A stretch of DNA of 63,705 nucleotides, counting the filler, from Basidiobolus meristosporus CBS 931.73 (Eukaryota; Fungi; Basidiobolomycota): NCBI GenBank assembly GCA_002104905.1. It is 4 parts of 4 records of this genome, joined end to end, with 100 filler letters (N's around TTAATTAATTAA, not from the genome) between each part and the next. Parts side by side here need not be neighbours in the genome. Positions count along the whole stretch, not along the records: positions 1 to 27,457 come from MCFE01000903.1; 3 more parts are not named here. One strand, written 5' to 3'. This document shows, piece after piece, positions 12,879-24,266 of the stretch (position 1 is its first letter; every line of letters starts with the position of its first letter). Below the pieces are notes generated by a model, which was not told where the DNA came from, did no database searches, and saw nothing but the letters and a program-made list of their open reading frames with translations. The position numbers and the translations under genes were made by a program.

Positions 12879-13407
12879 TGTTATGAATAGACACAAGGCA
12901 GGAGGGTAGAGCTAGGCAAGGCAGGACCAGGAGAGGACTTAGGTGTGGATCAACAAGGCAAGGTGTGTTTCCAAGGCAAGGCTGTTTATTCAAGACCTGT
13001 GTTTATCAGACTGAGGAATGCACAAGAGGGGATAGGACTATGTAAACCTTTTGGGAATATGTATGCTGAGAGATGTTGGCTAATACTGATGGGGTTCTGG
13101 GGTGAGGCACAGTAAGAGTACTAAGATAGAAATATGCTAAAGAACAGACTAGAATATCACATGGGAATATGTCAGGGGTCAGCTGATCATGTGACTAGGT
13201 CATGTGACAGGCAATTACCATATATGGTACTTGGCTACATAAGTTCCAAAAGGGAGCTTCCATAGAATGTTTTAGTGTGTAATGTTGACTTGGAGCTTTC
13301 CAGATGTTGCTATATTGTAGTGGAGCTTTCTGGAAGGAACTGGGATTTCTTCACCAGCTTGATTTAGCTTGAACATTGGATACCAGGGATGTCATGTGAT
13401 GATGACA
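12879..13407 (-). repeat. 5' LTR of Ty3 copy 1 (529 bp)
   Basis: TGTCA...CATAACA termini on the minus strand; homologous to the other two Ty3 LTRs. Confidence 0.92.
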
Positions 13408-13720
13408 GCATGTACATGGACCAGCCTGATGAGTTTGCTGACTAAGATAATCCTCCTTTGGTATGCCAGCTTAATAGCCCCCTTTATAGTATTAAATGAT
13501 TCCCTAGTGCCTGGAATTGTAAGATTTATTCTTTTGTGCAATCTTTGAGTCACCATGTATATAGTATCTACTATGAGTGGATAGAGGAAATCCAGCTCTA
13601 TTGGCTCTATATGTGGATGATACCACTTTAGCCATTAAAAATCAAGAAATATCAGAAGTGACTACATCCAGTCTATCTAAAGATTTCAAGATGTATAATC
13701 TGGGAGAGCTCAGTTACTAC
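13408..13720 (+). mobile_element. Older, decayed copia-A RT fragment; continues at 18405-18476 after the A2 insertion
   Basis: Reads (V)YMDQPDEFAD...LYVDD...ELSYY and resumes LGINFCIDTSTQNITL beyond the TSD. Confidence 0.88.
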
Positions 13721-16700
13721 TGTTGTAAAGATTCTTAATTCCACCTAAATATTCACCTAACTTAGTCACTTAGCTCATTACCCTCAAATTCTAGGGAATA
13801 CTGACCAAATTCCTTGTTGGGATTTACTTAGAATATTTTCACCAAGATTCCAGGTACCCAGAACATGAAAATTCTCAAAGTTGTCCAAATAGGCCCAAAC
13901 TTTGCACACATGTTCTTGGGATCTTCTGTAACCTATTCTACATGTTTGTAATGCCAAGACCAGGTAAAAGTGTAAATACTACTTTACATTCAATAAATCA
14001 TTAAGTGAAAACCACATAATCTACTTGTCCTCCCAATCACTTCCAATATCTCCAAGACTCTTACAGCAGGTTATGAGCCCCAAGCTGTCACTCTCTGCAA
14101 TGTCTACTACTGCTATTACTGGAATTTTCCCTCTGCTGAAAAGCTGGATGGATCTAACTACCAAGTGTGTAAGGTGAAGATGAAGATGCTGCTACAAGAA
14201 AGAGGCCTTTGTGATATTGTCATGGGAGAAGAATGCCCTCCAAAAAACATGGGAGAGGAAGCCTTAAAGTACCAGAAGAAAGAACAAAGTGCCTTTAACT
14301 GCATTTGCCTTAATGTTAAAGACAAATTGCTAATTCAATGCTCAAGAGCAAAATACAGCAAAGAATGCCTGAAAGGCATTAGAAGACACCTACCAGTCAT
14401 GTTCAGCTGCTAAAAAAATGTATCTGAGACAAAAATTCCTTACTACAAAGATGCTGCCAGGAGAAGAAATGAAAAATCTAATTAACAGAATTACCCTGCT
14501 GGTAGATGAGATGGAATCTGTTGGTGTACCAACTACTGATGAAGATGTGACAGTTACCATCCTGAATAGCCTGACAGAAAAGTTTCAGAGCCTTGTATCA
14601 GCCCTAGAGTCCAGAACTGAAGATTCAACCTTATATTACATATATGGAAGGCTCCTGGATGAAGAATTAAGAAAATCAAGTGCCAATGAGAAGGAAGAAG
14701 AAAATGCTTTAATAAGCAATGATAACCAACAAAGAAGGTACTCAAGACCCTATGAAGGCAACAGCAACCTGTTTTGTAACTACTGCAAAAGGAAAGGACA
14801 CACATCAGACCTGTGTCTCAAAAAGAAAGATAATCAGCAAAAGAAGGCTGAATATGGAAATGCTGCAACAACTGAAGATAAACTATTCATATCTGCACTA
14901 AATATGACCACAAACAAGGATTCTCAGATGTGGTATATTGACTCTGGAGCATCTCAACACTTTACACACCAAAAAGAACTTTTTACCCAATATCAAGAAA
15001 TTCCAGTTAAGAAGGCTTTCATGGGTGACAATAGAACACTTGATGCAGTGGGAGAAGGAACTATTCAAGTAAACCTTAGAAGCAGTGAAGGAGGCCATAC
15101 ACTGACCTTTAAAGAAGTACTTTATGTACCAGAAATAGCCAAGAACCTACTCTCTGTAAGCAAGGCCACAGCAGAAGGACTCAGTTTCAGTTTTGACAAT
15201 TCTGGATGCAGGATCACTGATCAAAATGGTGCCCATATTGCTTTGGGCATCAGAGATCAGAATCTATACAAGTTGACTTATATTCCATCATATCTGGAAG
15301 TCAATAGAAGTAACTTAAATGAGGAAACACCAATGCTTTGGCACAGGAGATTTGGACACATCAATTTTGATTATTTGAGTAAAATGATCAAAGATCAGCT
15401 AATTTCTGGAGTGAAAATTGATCCCCCAGCTAATTTGAAGCACTGTGAAGCCTGCATATATGGGAAACAAGCCAGACAACTACTCAAGAGCTCTGGGTTA
15501 ATCAAAACTAAGAAAAAGTTAGATCTAATTCACTCAGATCTGTGTGGACCTATGCAAAATTTATCCTTAGGTGGGATGAAGTATTTAATCACTTTGATAG
15601 ATGATTATACAAGATACACATGGGTCTACTTCATGGAGAGAAAGGAAGAAGCTCTGTCTAAGTTCAGGGAGTTCAAAGCCATGGTGGACAGAGAAACTGG
15701 TGAAAAAATCAAGAAAATACGTGCTGACAATGGTGGAGAATATACCTCAAAACTCTTCATCCACTTCCACAAAATTCATCAGATAAAGCAAGAGACTACT
15801 GTATCATACTCCCCACAGCAAAATGGAGTAGCAGAATGTGCTAACAGATCAATAATTGATATGGCAAGATCTATGATCCATGATCAAATATTATCCTATG
15901 ATTTTTGGGCAGAATCAGTTGCCACTGCTGTATATCTTAGAAATAGGAGTTACAACAGAATACTTTGTGATCCTACTCCATTTGAAGCATGGAATGGGTA
16001 CAGACCAAGTGCAGAACATCTAAGAAAATTTGGGTGTACAGCATATGCCAAAAAACTGGCCGGAAATCAGTCAAAATTTGAGCCAAAAAGTGTAAAATGC
16101 ATATTTTTGGGCTACTGCAATGAGAGTAAGGCATACAGACTCTACAATACTAAAGCAAAGTAGCTGATCAAGTCCAGGGATGTGTTGTTTGATGAAAATT
16201 CAAAATTTTCACAAAAAATAACATCAGATGATGACAAAAATCTGATCTCAAGTCCACCAATTGTCAGGATTGAATCAGAGCAAAACAATGAAGATTTTTT
16301 CACTCCAGAGGACTCTACAACCATGGTTCAGCCAGAATCAGTGCCCAGGAATATCCCAGAAGTGATCATTCCAGTATCAAATGCCCGGAGATCAAATCAG
16401 ACAAGAAATAGCCTAAATTACTATATCAATGAGGGCACAAACTTAGCCTATGCTTATTCAGTCCATATTGATGAACCCCAGACTGTAAAAGAGGCCCTAA
16501 ATAGCCCTCAGACAAAGTTTTGGAGTTCTGCAATGACTGAGGAATACCAGGCCCTGATGGAAAATCAAACTTGAGACTTAGTCAAATTACTAATCAACCA
16601 AAAATCAATTGGATTCAGATGGGTCTTTAAGACAAAATACAAAGCTGATGGTACAATTAAAAGATACAAAGCAAGACTTGTAGCCAAAGGATACTCTCAA

Positions 16701-18404
16701 ACAAAAGGACTTGACTATACTGGGACCTTTGCACTGATAGCCAAGTTCAATTCCATCAGATCAATATTGGCTATTGCAGCCAAATATAAGTTTTTTATTC
16801 ATCAAATGGATGTAAAAACTGCATTTTTGAATGGAGAACTTGATGAGGACATGTATATGAACCAGCCTGATGGGATTGCTGACCAAGATAACCCCCATTT
16901 GGTCTGCAAGCTTAAAAAGTCACTATATGGTCTCAAACAATCACCAAGAGCCTGGAATTGCAAGATAGATTCTTATTTGGAATCCTTGAGTTTCAAAAGG
17001 AGTAATGGTGACTATAGTATATACTATAAGCCAGATAGAGCAAATCCAGTTCTATTGGCTCTATAAGTGGATGATCTTATTATAGCCACCAATAACCTAG
17101 AAACATTGGAAAAGACTAAATCCAGCCTATCTAAGGAGTTCAGGATGTCCAATCTAAGAGAACTCAGTTACTACTTAGGGATTAAGTTCTCCATAGACAG
17201 AAGTACCCAGACTATCACCCTAAGCCAATCCAAGTATATTCAAGACATACTAAAGAAGTACCAAATGGAAGACTGTAAACCGGCAGCTACCCCAATGGAA
17301 ACAAACCTTAACTTGGTCAAAACTCAACTAAATGAAGAGAGCTTGATGCCATCTGAAAGCCCTGACTTTCTTTATCAATCTATGACCGGCAGTCTGATGT
17401 ATATCATGCTTGGAACACATCCAGATATCTCATATTCAGTGGGAGTTGTCAGCCAATATAATCAGAACTATGAATCTGATCATATTGCAGCAGTTAAGTG
17501 GATTTTTAGATACCTAAAAGGAACTGCTGATATCTGCTTAAGATACACTTAAAAGGATTCAGAACAGGATCTTGTGGGATACTCTGATGTTGATTGGGGA
17601 CAAAATTTGGAAGACAGAAGATCCACCACAGGATACACCTTTCTTTACTGTAAAGGAGCAATTTCATGGAATTCAAGAAAGCAACCAACCGTAGCATTTT
17701 CCACCACAGAGGCAGAGTATATGGCAGCCTGTGAGGCTACCAAAGAAGCAATGTGGTTAAGAAAACTTCTTACAGATTTAGGCCTATGTCAAAAAACACA
17801 TATCACTTTATTGCAAGATAATCAAGGATGTATACAATTAGGTAGAAATCCAACTTTTCATGCTAGAACCAAGCACATAGATATTAGACATCATTTCATA
17901 TGTGAAGCTATAGAGGATAACTTAGTTAGCTTAGTTTACTGTCCTACAGATGAAATGATTGCAGACATATTTACCAAACCATCAGCTAGAGACAAGTTTG
18001 AATATCTTAGGTCAAAATTAGGTCTAGTCAGAGTGAACATTTAGCTGAGTGGGAGTGTTGTAAAAATTTGTAATTCCACCTAAATATTCACCTAACTTAG
18101 TCACTTAGATCATTACCCTTAAATCCTAGAGAATACTGACCAAATTCCTTGTTGGGATTTACTTAGAATATTTTCACCAAAATACCAGGTACCCAGAATA
18201 TGAAAATTCTCAAAGTTGTCCAAACAGCCCCAAACTTTGCACACATGCCCTTGGGACCTTCCTTGACCTATTCTACGTGTTTGTAATGCCAAGACCAGGT
18301 AAAAGTATAAATACTACCTTTACATTCAATAAATCATTAAGTGAAAACCACATAATCTACTTGTCCTCCCAATCACTTCCAATATCTCCAAGACTCTTAC
18401 AACA
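13721..18404 (+). mobile_element. Ty1/copia family A copy 2, full length (4684 bp), ORF disrupted
   Basis: LTRs 13721-14068 and 18056-18404; TSD ACTAC (13716-13720, 18405-18409); PBS GGTTATGAGCCCC at 14069; PPT at 18046-18055; gag-PR-IN-RT-RH fragments with several stops and frameshifts. Confidence 0.97.
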
Positions 18405-18476
18405 ACTACCTGGGGATAAACTTCTGCATAGACACAAGTACCCAGAATATCACCCTAGGCCAGTTCAAGGATAAAC

Positions 18477-18824
18477 TGCTGTAAGAGTCTTGGAGATATT
18501 GACAGTGAAAGGAGGACAAGTAGATTATGTGGCTTTCACTCAATGATTTATTGAATATAAAAGTAGTATTGATACTTTTACATGGTTGTGGCACAACAAG
18601 CATGTAGAATAGGCTTAGGAAGGTCCCAAAAACATGTGTGCAAAGTTTGGGTTGATTTGGACAACTTTGAGAATTTTCATGTTCTTGGTACCTGATGTTT
18701 TGGTGAAAATATTCTATGTAAATCCCAGCAAGGAATTTGGTCAGTATTCTCTAGGATTTGAAGGTAATGATCTAAGTGACTAAGTTAGGTGAATATTTAG
18801 GTGGAATTACAAATTTTTACAACA
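18477..18824 (-). repeat. Isolated copia-A LTR, inverted relative to A2
   Basis: 348-bp reverse complement of the family LTR; flanks TAAAC/TTTGT do not form a TSD. Confidence 0.92.
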
Positions 18825-19141
18825 TTTGTTATCACAACCATGTAAAAGTGTAAGTACTACTTTTACATTCAATAAATCATTAAGTGAAAACCACATAATC
18901 TACTTTCCCAGTCACTTCATATCAGGTACCCAGAACATGAGATTCTGATGAGTTGTTCAAGCAGCCCCACACCTTGCAAACATATTCTGTAGACCTTCCT
19001 AAGCATATTCTAGGTGCTTGTCTTGCCAAGATCATGTAAAAGTATAAATACCACTCTTGCATTCAATAAAGCATCAAGTGAAAGCCACATAATCTACTTG
19101 CTCTCCCAATCACTTCCAATATCTCCAATGCTCTTACAACA
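18825..19141 (+). repeat. Two tandem partial copia-A LTR fragments
   Basis: The 3'-half motifs (gtaaaagt.taa.tac, aataaa, ccacataatctact) occur twice; ends ctcttacaaca. Confidence 0.85.
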
Positions 19142-20868
19142 GAAGAAACTTATAACACTCTGCAATATGTAGACTAGGTTCTTGATGGTTAAGTTTGTAT
19201 TACATCCTCTTATAACTACTCAACTTGCACTAGATTTGACTTGACAATATACTCAAGACTTGTTTTGTTGGATAGTGCCACATTTAGCAATGAGTGCCAA
19301 ACAGTGCCATAGGGTGCCAGAAAGGCATAGCCAGCCAATACTTGGCCACAGACAGTGAGAGATAACTCTACATCTTTAGGCAAAGTAGCCCTTGTGTTTC
19401 ACCCACTGTGCTAGAGAAAATCCATGTTTTACCTTTTTTTTGGGATGCATGTAAAAAAGGGAAAGAACCAGTTGGTGAAAGCTTAGAGGGTGATAGATTC
19501 CAAGATATCAGCCAAGTCATTTGGAATATTTAGGGCACACCTATTGCCCAGGAGCATCCAAATGGTGTAGTTACTGGCCAGAACTGTCTGATGATGGGTA
19601 AGTTTTTGGGAGTTATAGAGATCAGGTATAACTCAAAGGATTTACCGGTAGTTTACAAAGCTTCTTGGGCTGTTGGGAAATGTAGAAAACATTGCGTATC
19701 TTCTGATAACAATTCCCGTAACCGCCTGTGGAACAACAAAGAGTTATATGAAAGGGCTGTAGACAAAGAGCGACCGTTGCATTGAGCAGGTGTGATATCA
19801 CCATCCACAGATGATTGACTGGACGAAACAGCTGGGACAGCTTGATGTCCGTACTCACAAACAGGTGAACAAGGTTGGACGAAATTCACTAGGGAGCAAA
19901 TGAACTTGGTGGGATCAAGACACCTTTGGTTATATCATGCCGAGCTAAATATATGGAGGTGCAGTGGCAAGGAATGTACCAAAGCGACCATTTGATCATG
20001 CTTCCCAATGATCATTCATCGATAGCTAGAAACAGTTCGAGGGTATGCAGGCATATATGGGCAATTCAAGATTCAGAGATGATTATGATAGCGTAAGAGC
20101 TCCAAGTGAGCCCAGGTACCCGTGTGGATTGATAGACACCCAGTCAGATGCTGGGCTGATTAGCGGATTTCAAACCAGTCCACCCGCTACGGAGCATGCT
20201 CAAGCTATTGGGGATTCTATGCTGTCCCGATATCTTCTGCATCGTCCACGACCTCGGATTAGTACGGCGGGTGCCACATGATGTGTGGTTGGGATGCCTT
20301 TGGTCGACCCATCATTCTGGGGCGATCCCACATGTCCGTCTCCAGCGATGATCCAGATCTAGACGAAGCAGATGGTGGGTTGATGGGCTGCAACCAATTT
20401 GGTAGACGTTGGGTTGCAGGAATGGGACTTGATCGAGGATCTGCCCAGTAGAAACCCACCAGTTCACACGCTTTCGAGTGATACAGAGCAGTGAAGGGTT
20501 TCCCCCACATGGCATGAACAACAAGCTTATCCCGCCTCTACACACGCGGGCACCATTGGTGTATCTCTCACACCCGCCGCTGATAAACAGTGAAACTCCC
20601 GGTACAAGCCACTGAGAATCGAAATCCCCATCGAGACCGGCCGGTTTATCAGGCGGCTGGTGATATCATGATGATTCCCCTTCCCCAGCGGCACCTGTTG
20701 ACGAGATACGAAATCCCCGGGCATCGATGGAACGGGCAACAACCTTCACACGCAACCGTCGTCGAGATTAAGCTTAAACTGGGACTTTGCCAGCGAGATC
20801 TAAATATAGACGGCCAACGCCAGATATGGATCCAACGAATGGTGACGATGGATCGGATTCCTTCCTCG

Positions 20869-20899
20869 AGTGGACAGTGGACAGTGGACAGTGGACAGT
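20869..20899. repeat. Perfect 7-bp tandem repeat (AGTGGAC)x4
   Basis: agtggacagtggacagtggacagtggacagt read directly. Confidence 0.95.
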
Positions 20900-22624
20900 A
20901 GAATTCGATTCGCTATCTTCGCATCTCCCTCCCTGCGGCATCCAGACCGTATTCCATTGGCAGATCGGATGGATCCTCTTTTCCGAGTCCTCACCCGCCT
21001 CACCCCTTACCTCCCCTCCCCTCACCCCGACGCTCGCCAACTCATGCGAATCGAAGCACGGTGGGCTTGCACACATCGTCAAATCCAAATAGATTTGTTT
21101 CACCTCCTGTAGATTGCCAATGACACTCGCCGACACCGTGTGAGAGGGAGTTGATGAGGGATTTGACGTGTCTCACCAACGTGTTTTCCGAACAAGGAAG
21201 GGTGTACCTGAACAGGAGCTACGGCCGGCCATTGGCTCCCGCCTCGTCCAGCGCCGAATCAGTCGCGACCGAAGCGGGGTTGGTCAAGAAGGTTGGCGAG
21301 CGAGATGAGACGTTTTAGCTTAAATTATGAAGCAGACCTCGAGCTCGAACGGCGGATCATTGGGTGGATGGGCGCGTCGAGTGTTTGCATAAGCAAGCTC
21401 GGGATCCTGGCGATGGGGACTTGTAACACAAGCCTGGTCGTTGGCCATGATTCCCAGATGGAGGTTGATTAGGTGACGGGAAGCGTCGACCCACGCTTAC
21501 CCCACGCCAACATCGGCCAACGAGAGGGATTACGACACGGCGGGGGCGTGAGTCAGTGTTAAGCTTCAGATGGCTGCTACATCGCCATGAGCCCTCCACC
21601 CACTGTGGTGAGAAGGACACCCACTTATTTTTAGACGGTCTTACTCACTGCCCACGGAACAATGGCAAGTAGTCAAATATAAGCGCTGGTCTTGCCATTT
21701 GAATCCACTGGCTGGGCGAATCACGGGGAGCTGCATCAGCAATCAAGATTCACACTGGTATCATCACCGCTTGGCGTATGTTGCCTGAACTAAACATGGA
21801 CGAGAACAATGAATCCTGGACCCACCAATCCGAGTGAAGGGGGCGGCCCGAAAGGGAAACGGGGCAGGTGGGGCCAGCCACGCCCACCACCGCTTGGCTG
21901 GATCTGATCCCCCGAGGGGCTTTCCAACTCCGAATCCAGTCCAACTAGGATCACGACTCAATCGGGCGGTGGCCATGGACATCTCCCCAACCCTCGATCA
22001 TCTCACTGAGGCTCAGAGGAGTGCAATGCTGCTCACCTGCGGGAGGTTTCAGTCGCACCGGATGGAGCCAACCAGTCCAGACCAGGGGTGACGCACATCT
22101 CGGACCGGCATATTGCCAGTTTCAGTGATGATCAAGGTAGAATTCCATTCGGATGGCGGGGGTAGGCGATCCACCAAATCCATTCGAATCTGCCCAGGGA
22201 GCAGGTGATCGCTCGGCAGGTGAACTCCACCAGCCATTCCGTGACCAGAAAGGCACCTACCCAGTGCTAAAAATAAGGCAGAGATCTGGGTTTGATTGAT
22301 CAGTGTCTGTGAGGGGAGTCGTAGCCTAAAAATAAGGACAAATTATGGGTGCGAAACCAGCTGCGGGTGACGTCGAATTCATCATTTGGTACGCCGCGAA
22401 ATCTTTATAAGGCCTGGATGGTACAAGGGGTGAACAGCCCATATTTGATCCTCAGCAAAGCCTTTGTCAGCGCCAACACCACCAGAAATCCTTGTCCTGT
22501 ATCCCCTAGAGTTTTGTAGTGCCATATACCCACCACGCTCCTGAATAGCCAAGTGATACCCTCGCCCAACCGCACGCCCTTATACCCACCTTCTCTCTGT
22601 AATACCTCTCACAACATCTAGTCA

Positions 22625-23911
22625 ATGATCAAAACCGAAGACCAGTTGGTGGACGACTTCCTAGACCCGGAGTCCCCCTCCGGTGAAGGCAAGGAAGTGA
22701 AAAGAAGAAATCGATTGAACCCCCGTCAGGTGACCCGGCTGATGGAGGTCTTTGAACAGACGGCCAAGCCAAAGGCCGACATACGGCACAAACTGGCGGA
22801 GGAGCTTGGCATGCACCCGCGCGCCGTGCAAATCTGGTTTCAGAATAGAAGACAAAAACTGAAAAAAGAGAGCCTAGAGGCCACAGCGGCCGAGTCCAAA
22901 TATCCCCTGGACAAGGCCAAGCTCACGTTGTGCGATACCAACCCTGTATATACAACCCCACAAACATCCTACCTGTCTGGTTACGGCCTTACTCTGAACA
23001 GCTTCCCCAGCATGGCCAAAGGTTCGATTGCTGATGCCGCCACATTTGGCCTACAAACCCCATCAAGCATCGCCATACTCTCAGGCCTCGGGCTGGGACC
23101 TAGTCAAGATTCTATTCTTTCCTCTTCCGCCGCGCTGTCCCTCTCACCAGGTAAGCAACTGAGTCCCCCTGATCTGTACGGCACGAGTGCCTAATGGTTT
23201 TTTCCTCCAGATTTCTCTGAAGCTGCCACCTCCCTAGATAACCAAATCAATAATTCCTCTCTGGCTTTGCTACAAGGATGTAATACGGTCTCCCTAGACC
23301 AAGACGACGCCTTTCCCAATCTCTTCGACGGGGGAAACTTGGCCCTGGACGTCGCGAGCCATTCTCGCACTTCCTCTGCCACCTCCAGTAATACCAACTG
23401 TACTGATCCAACGATGGATTCGTCAATTAACGGTCATTCACCCTTTCTGTCCGCAGGGCTTGATTCCCTTGGCCTGGATCTGTCTTCCCAGATCAGTATG
23501 CTGCAAAGGCAGCACTCGTACCCCCAAAACCTACCGATGAAGAGGAAGGCCTTCTCGTGGCATGATCTATATCCACTGATGCCGCCTGGCCAGGAAAAAA
23601 TGACCAATCCCTCACTAGCCGATCACCCCGCCAAATCCCAGAATCTAAAGCGGCAGACACCGGAGGTGATCTATGGTAATCAACACCCGATCATGTCCAC
23701 CAGCCCCAACCGGAACCCCAGTCTCCCCGTCTACACCCGCTCCTTTAGTGATCCGTTTGTCGGTGAGATGCACCCGGATGGCAAACGGCGGAGGGTTGGC
23801 GAAAGCATCAGTGAAAACGAAGACATTCTCTCCGCATTTCTGCCGCTGGAACAGGAGCTTAACAAACCCAACTCCGCGGGGGGATTGAGCGACATGCTTG
23901 CCTATCTGTAA
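22625..23911 (+). CDS. Homeodomain transcription factor, 2 exons: join(22625..23150,23211..23911), 408 aa
   Basis: Homeodomain RRNRLNPRQ...VQIWFQNRRQKLKK. A 60-nt intron (GTAAGC...CTAAT...TTTCCTCCAG) joins the two ORFs in frame; total 1227 nt. Confidence 0.9.
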
Positions 23912-24266
23912 TGGATTTCATGTAGTTTATTTATGACGGATCTGGATTTTAATGTGGTTCCCCTCGTTTTCTTGTGAAAAAATTTTCAACCTGGCGTGTA
24001 TATTTTACATATATATTTATAATTGTTCCCTTTCCGTAACTACCCGTAATAATGAAAAGAGGCTTTAGTTGTAGGCTCAAGTCGGTGCCCTGGTCGTATT
24101 GTCGGAACAACAATCGTCGAGAGCGGAGATCGAGGACGCGTTGTCTTTCGGCCAGGGGATTCTTAGTCAATGTACAAATGAACTGTCAAATGTCATATTC
24201 AAACTGCAACTTGAATAACGATAAATAAAATGATTTGTGAACCAAAACTAAATACGGTGGCGACAT

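Larger units (their letters stand above)
7522..13407 (-). mobile_element. Ty3/gypsy chromovirus-type element, copy 1 (degenerate, two LTRs)
   Basis: LTRs ~7522-8011 (outer end truncated) and 12879-13407; PPT AAAAGAGGAGAATAG. gag [36 protein letters not shown], integrase and chromodomain-like tail. No TSD recognisable. Confidence 0.93.

Noticed and set aside
7522-13407. Dating Ty3 copy 1 from its LTR pair
   Set aside because: One LTR is truncated, there is no TSD and the flanks are unrelated (CACTA versus copia), so the two LTRs may not come from one insertion.
19591-22237. Numerous 60-120-aa ORFs upstream of the homeobox gene
   Set aside because: Overlapping on both strands with no recognisable motif or convincing splice chain; not called as genes.
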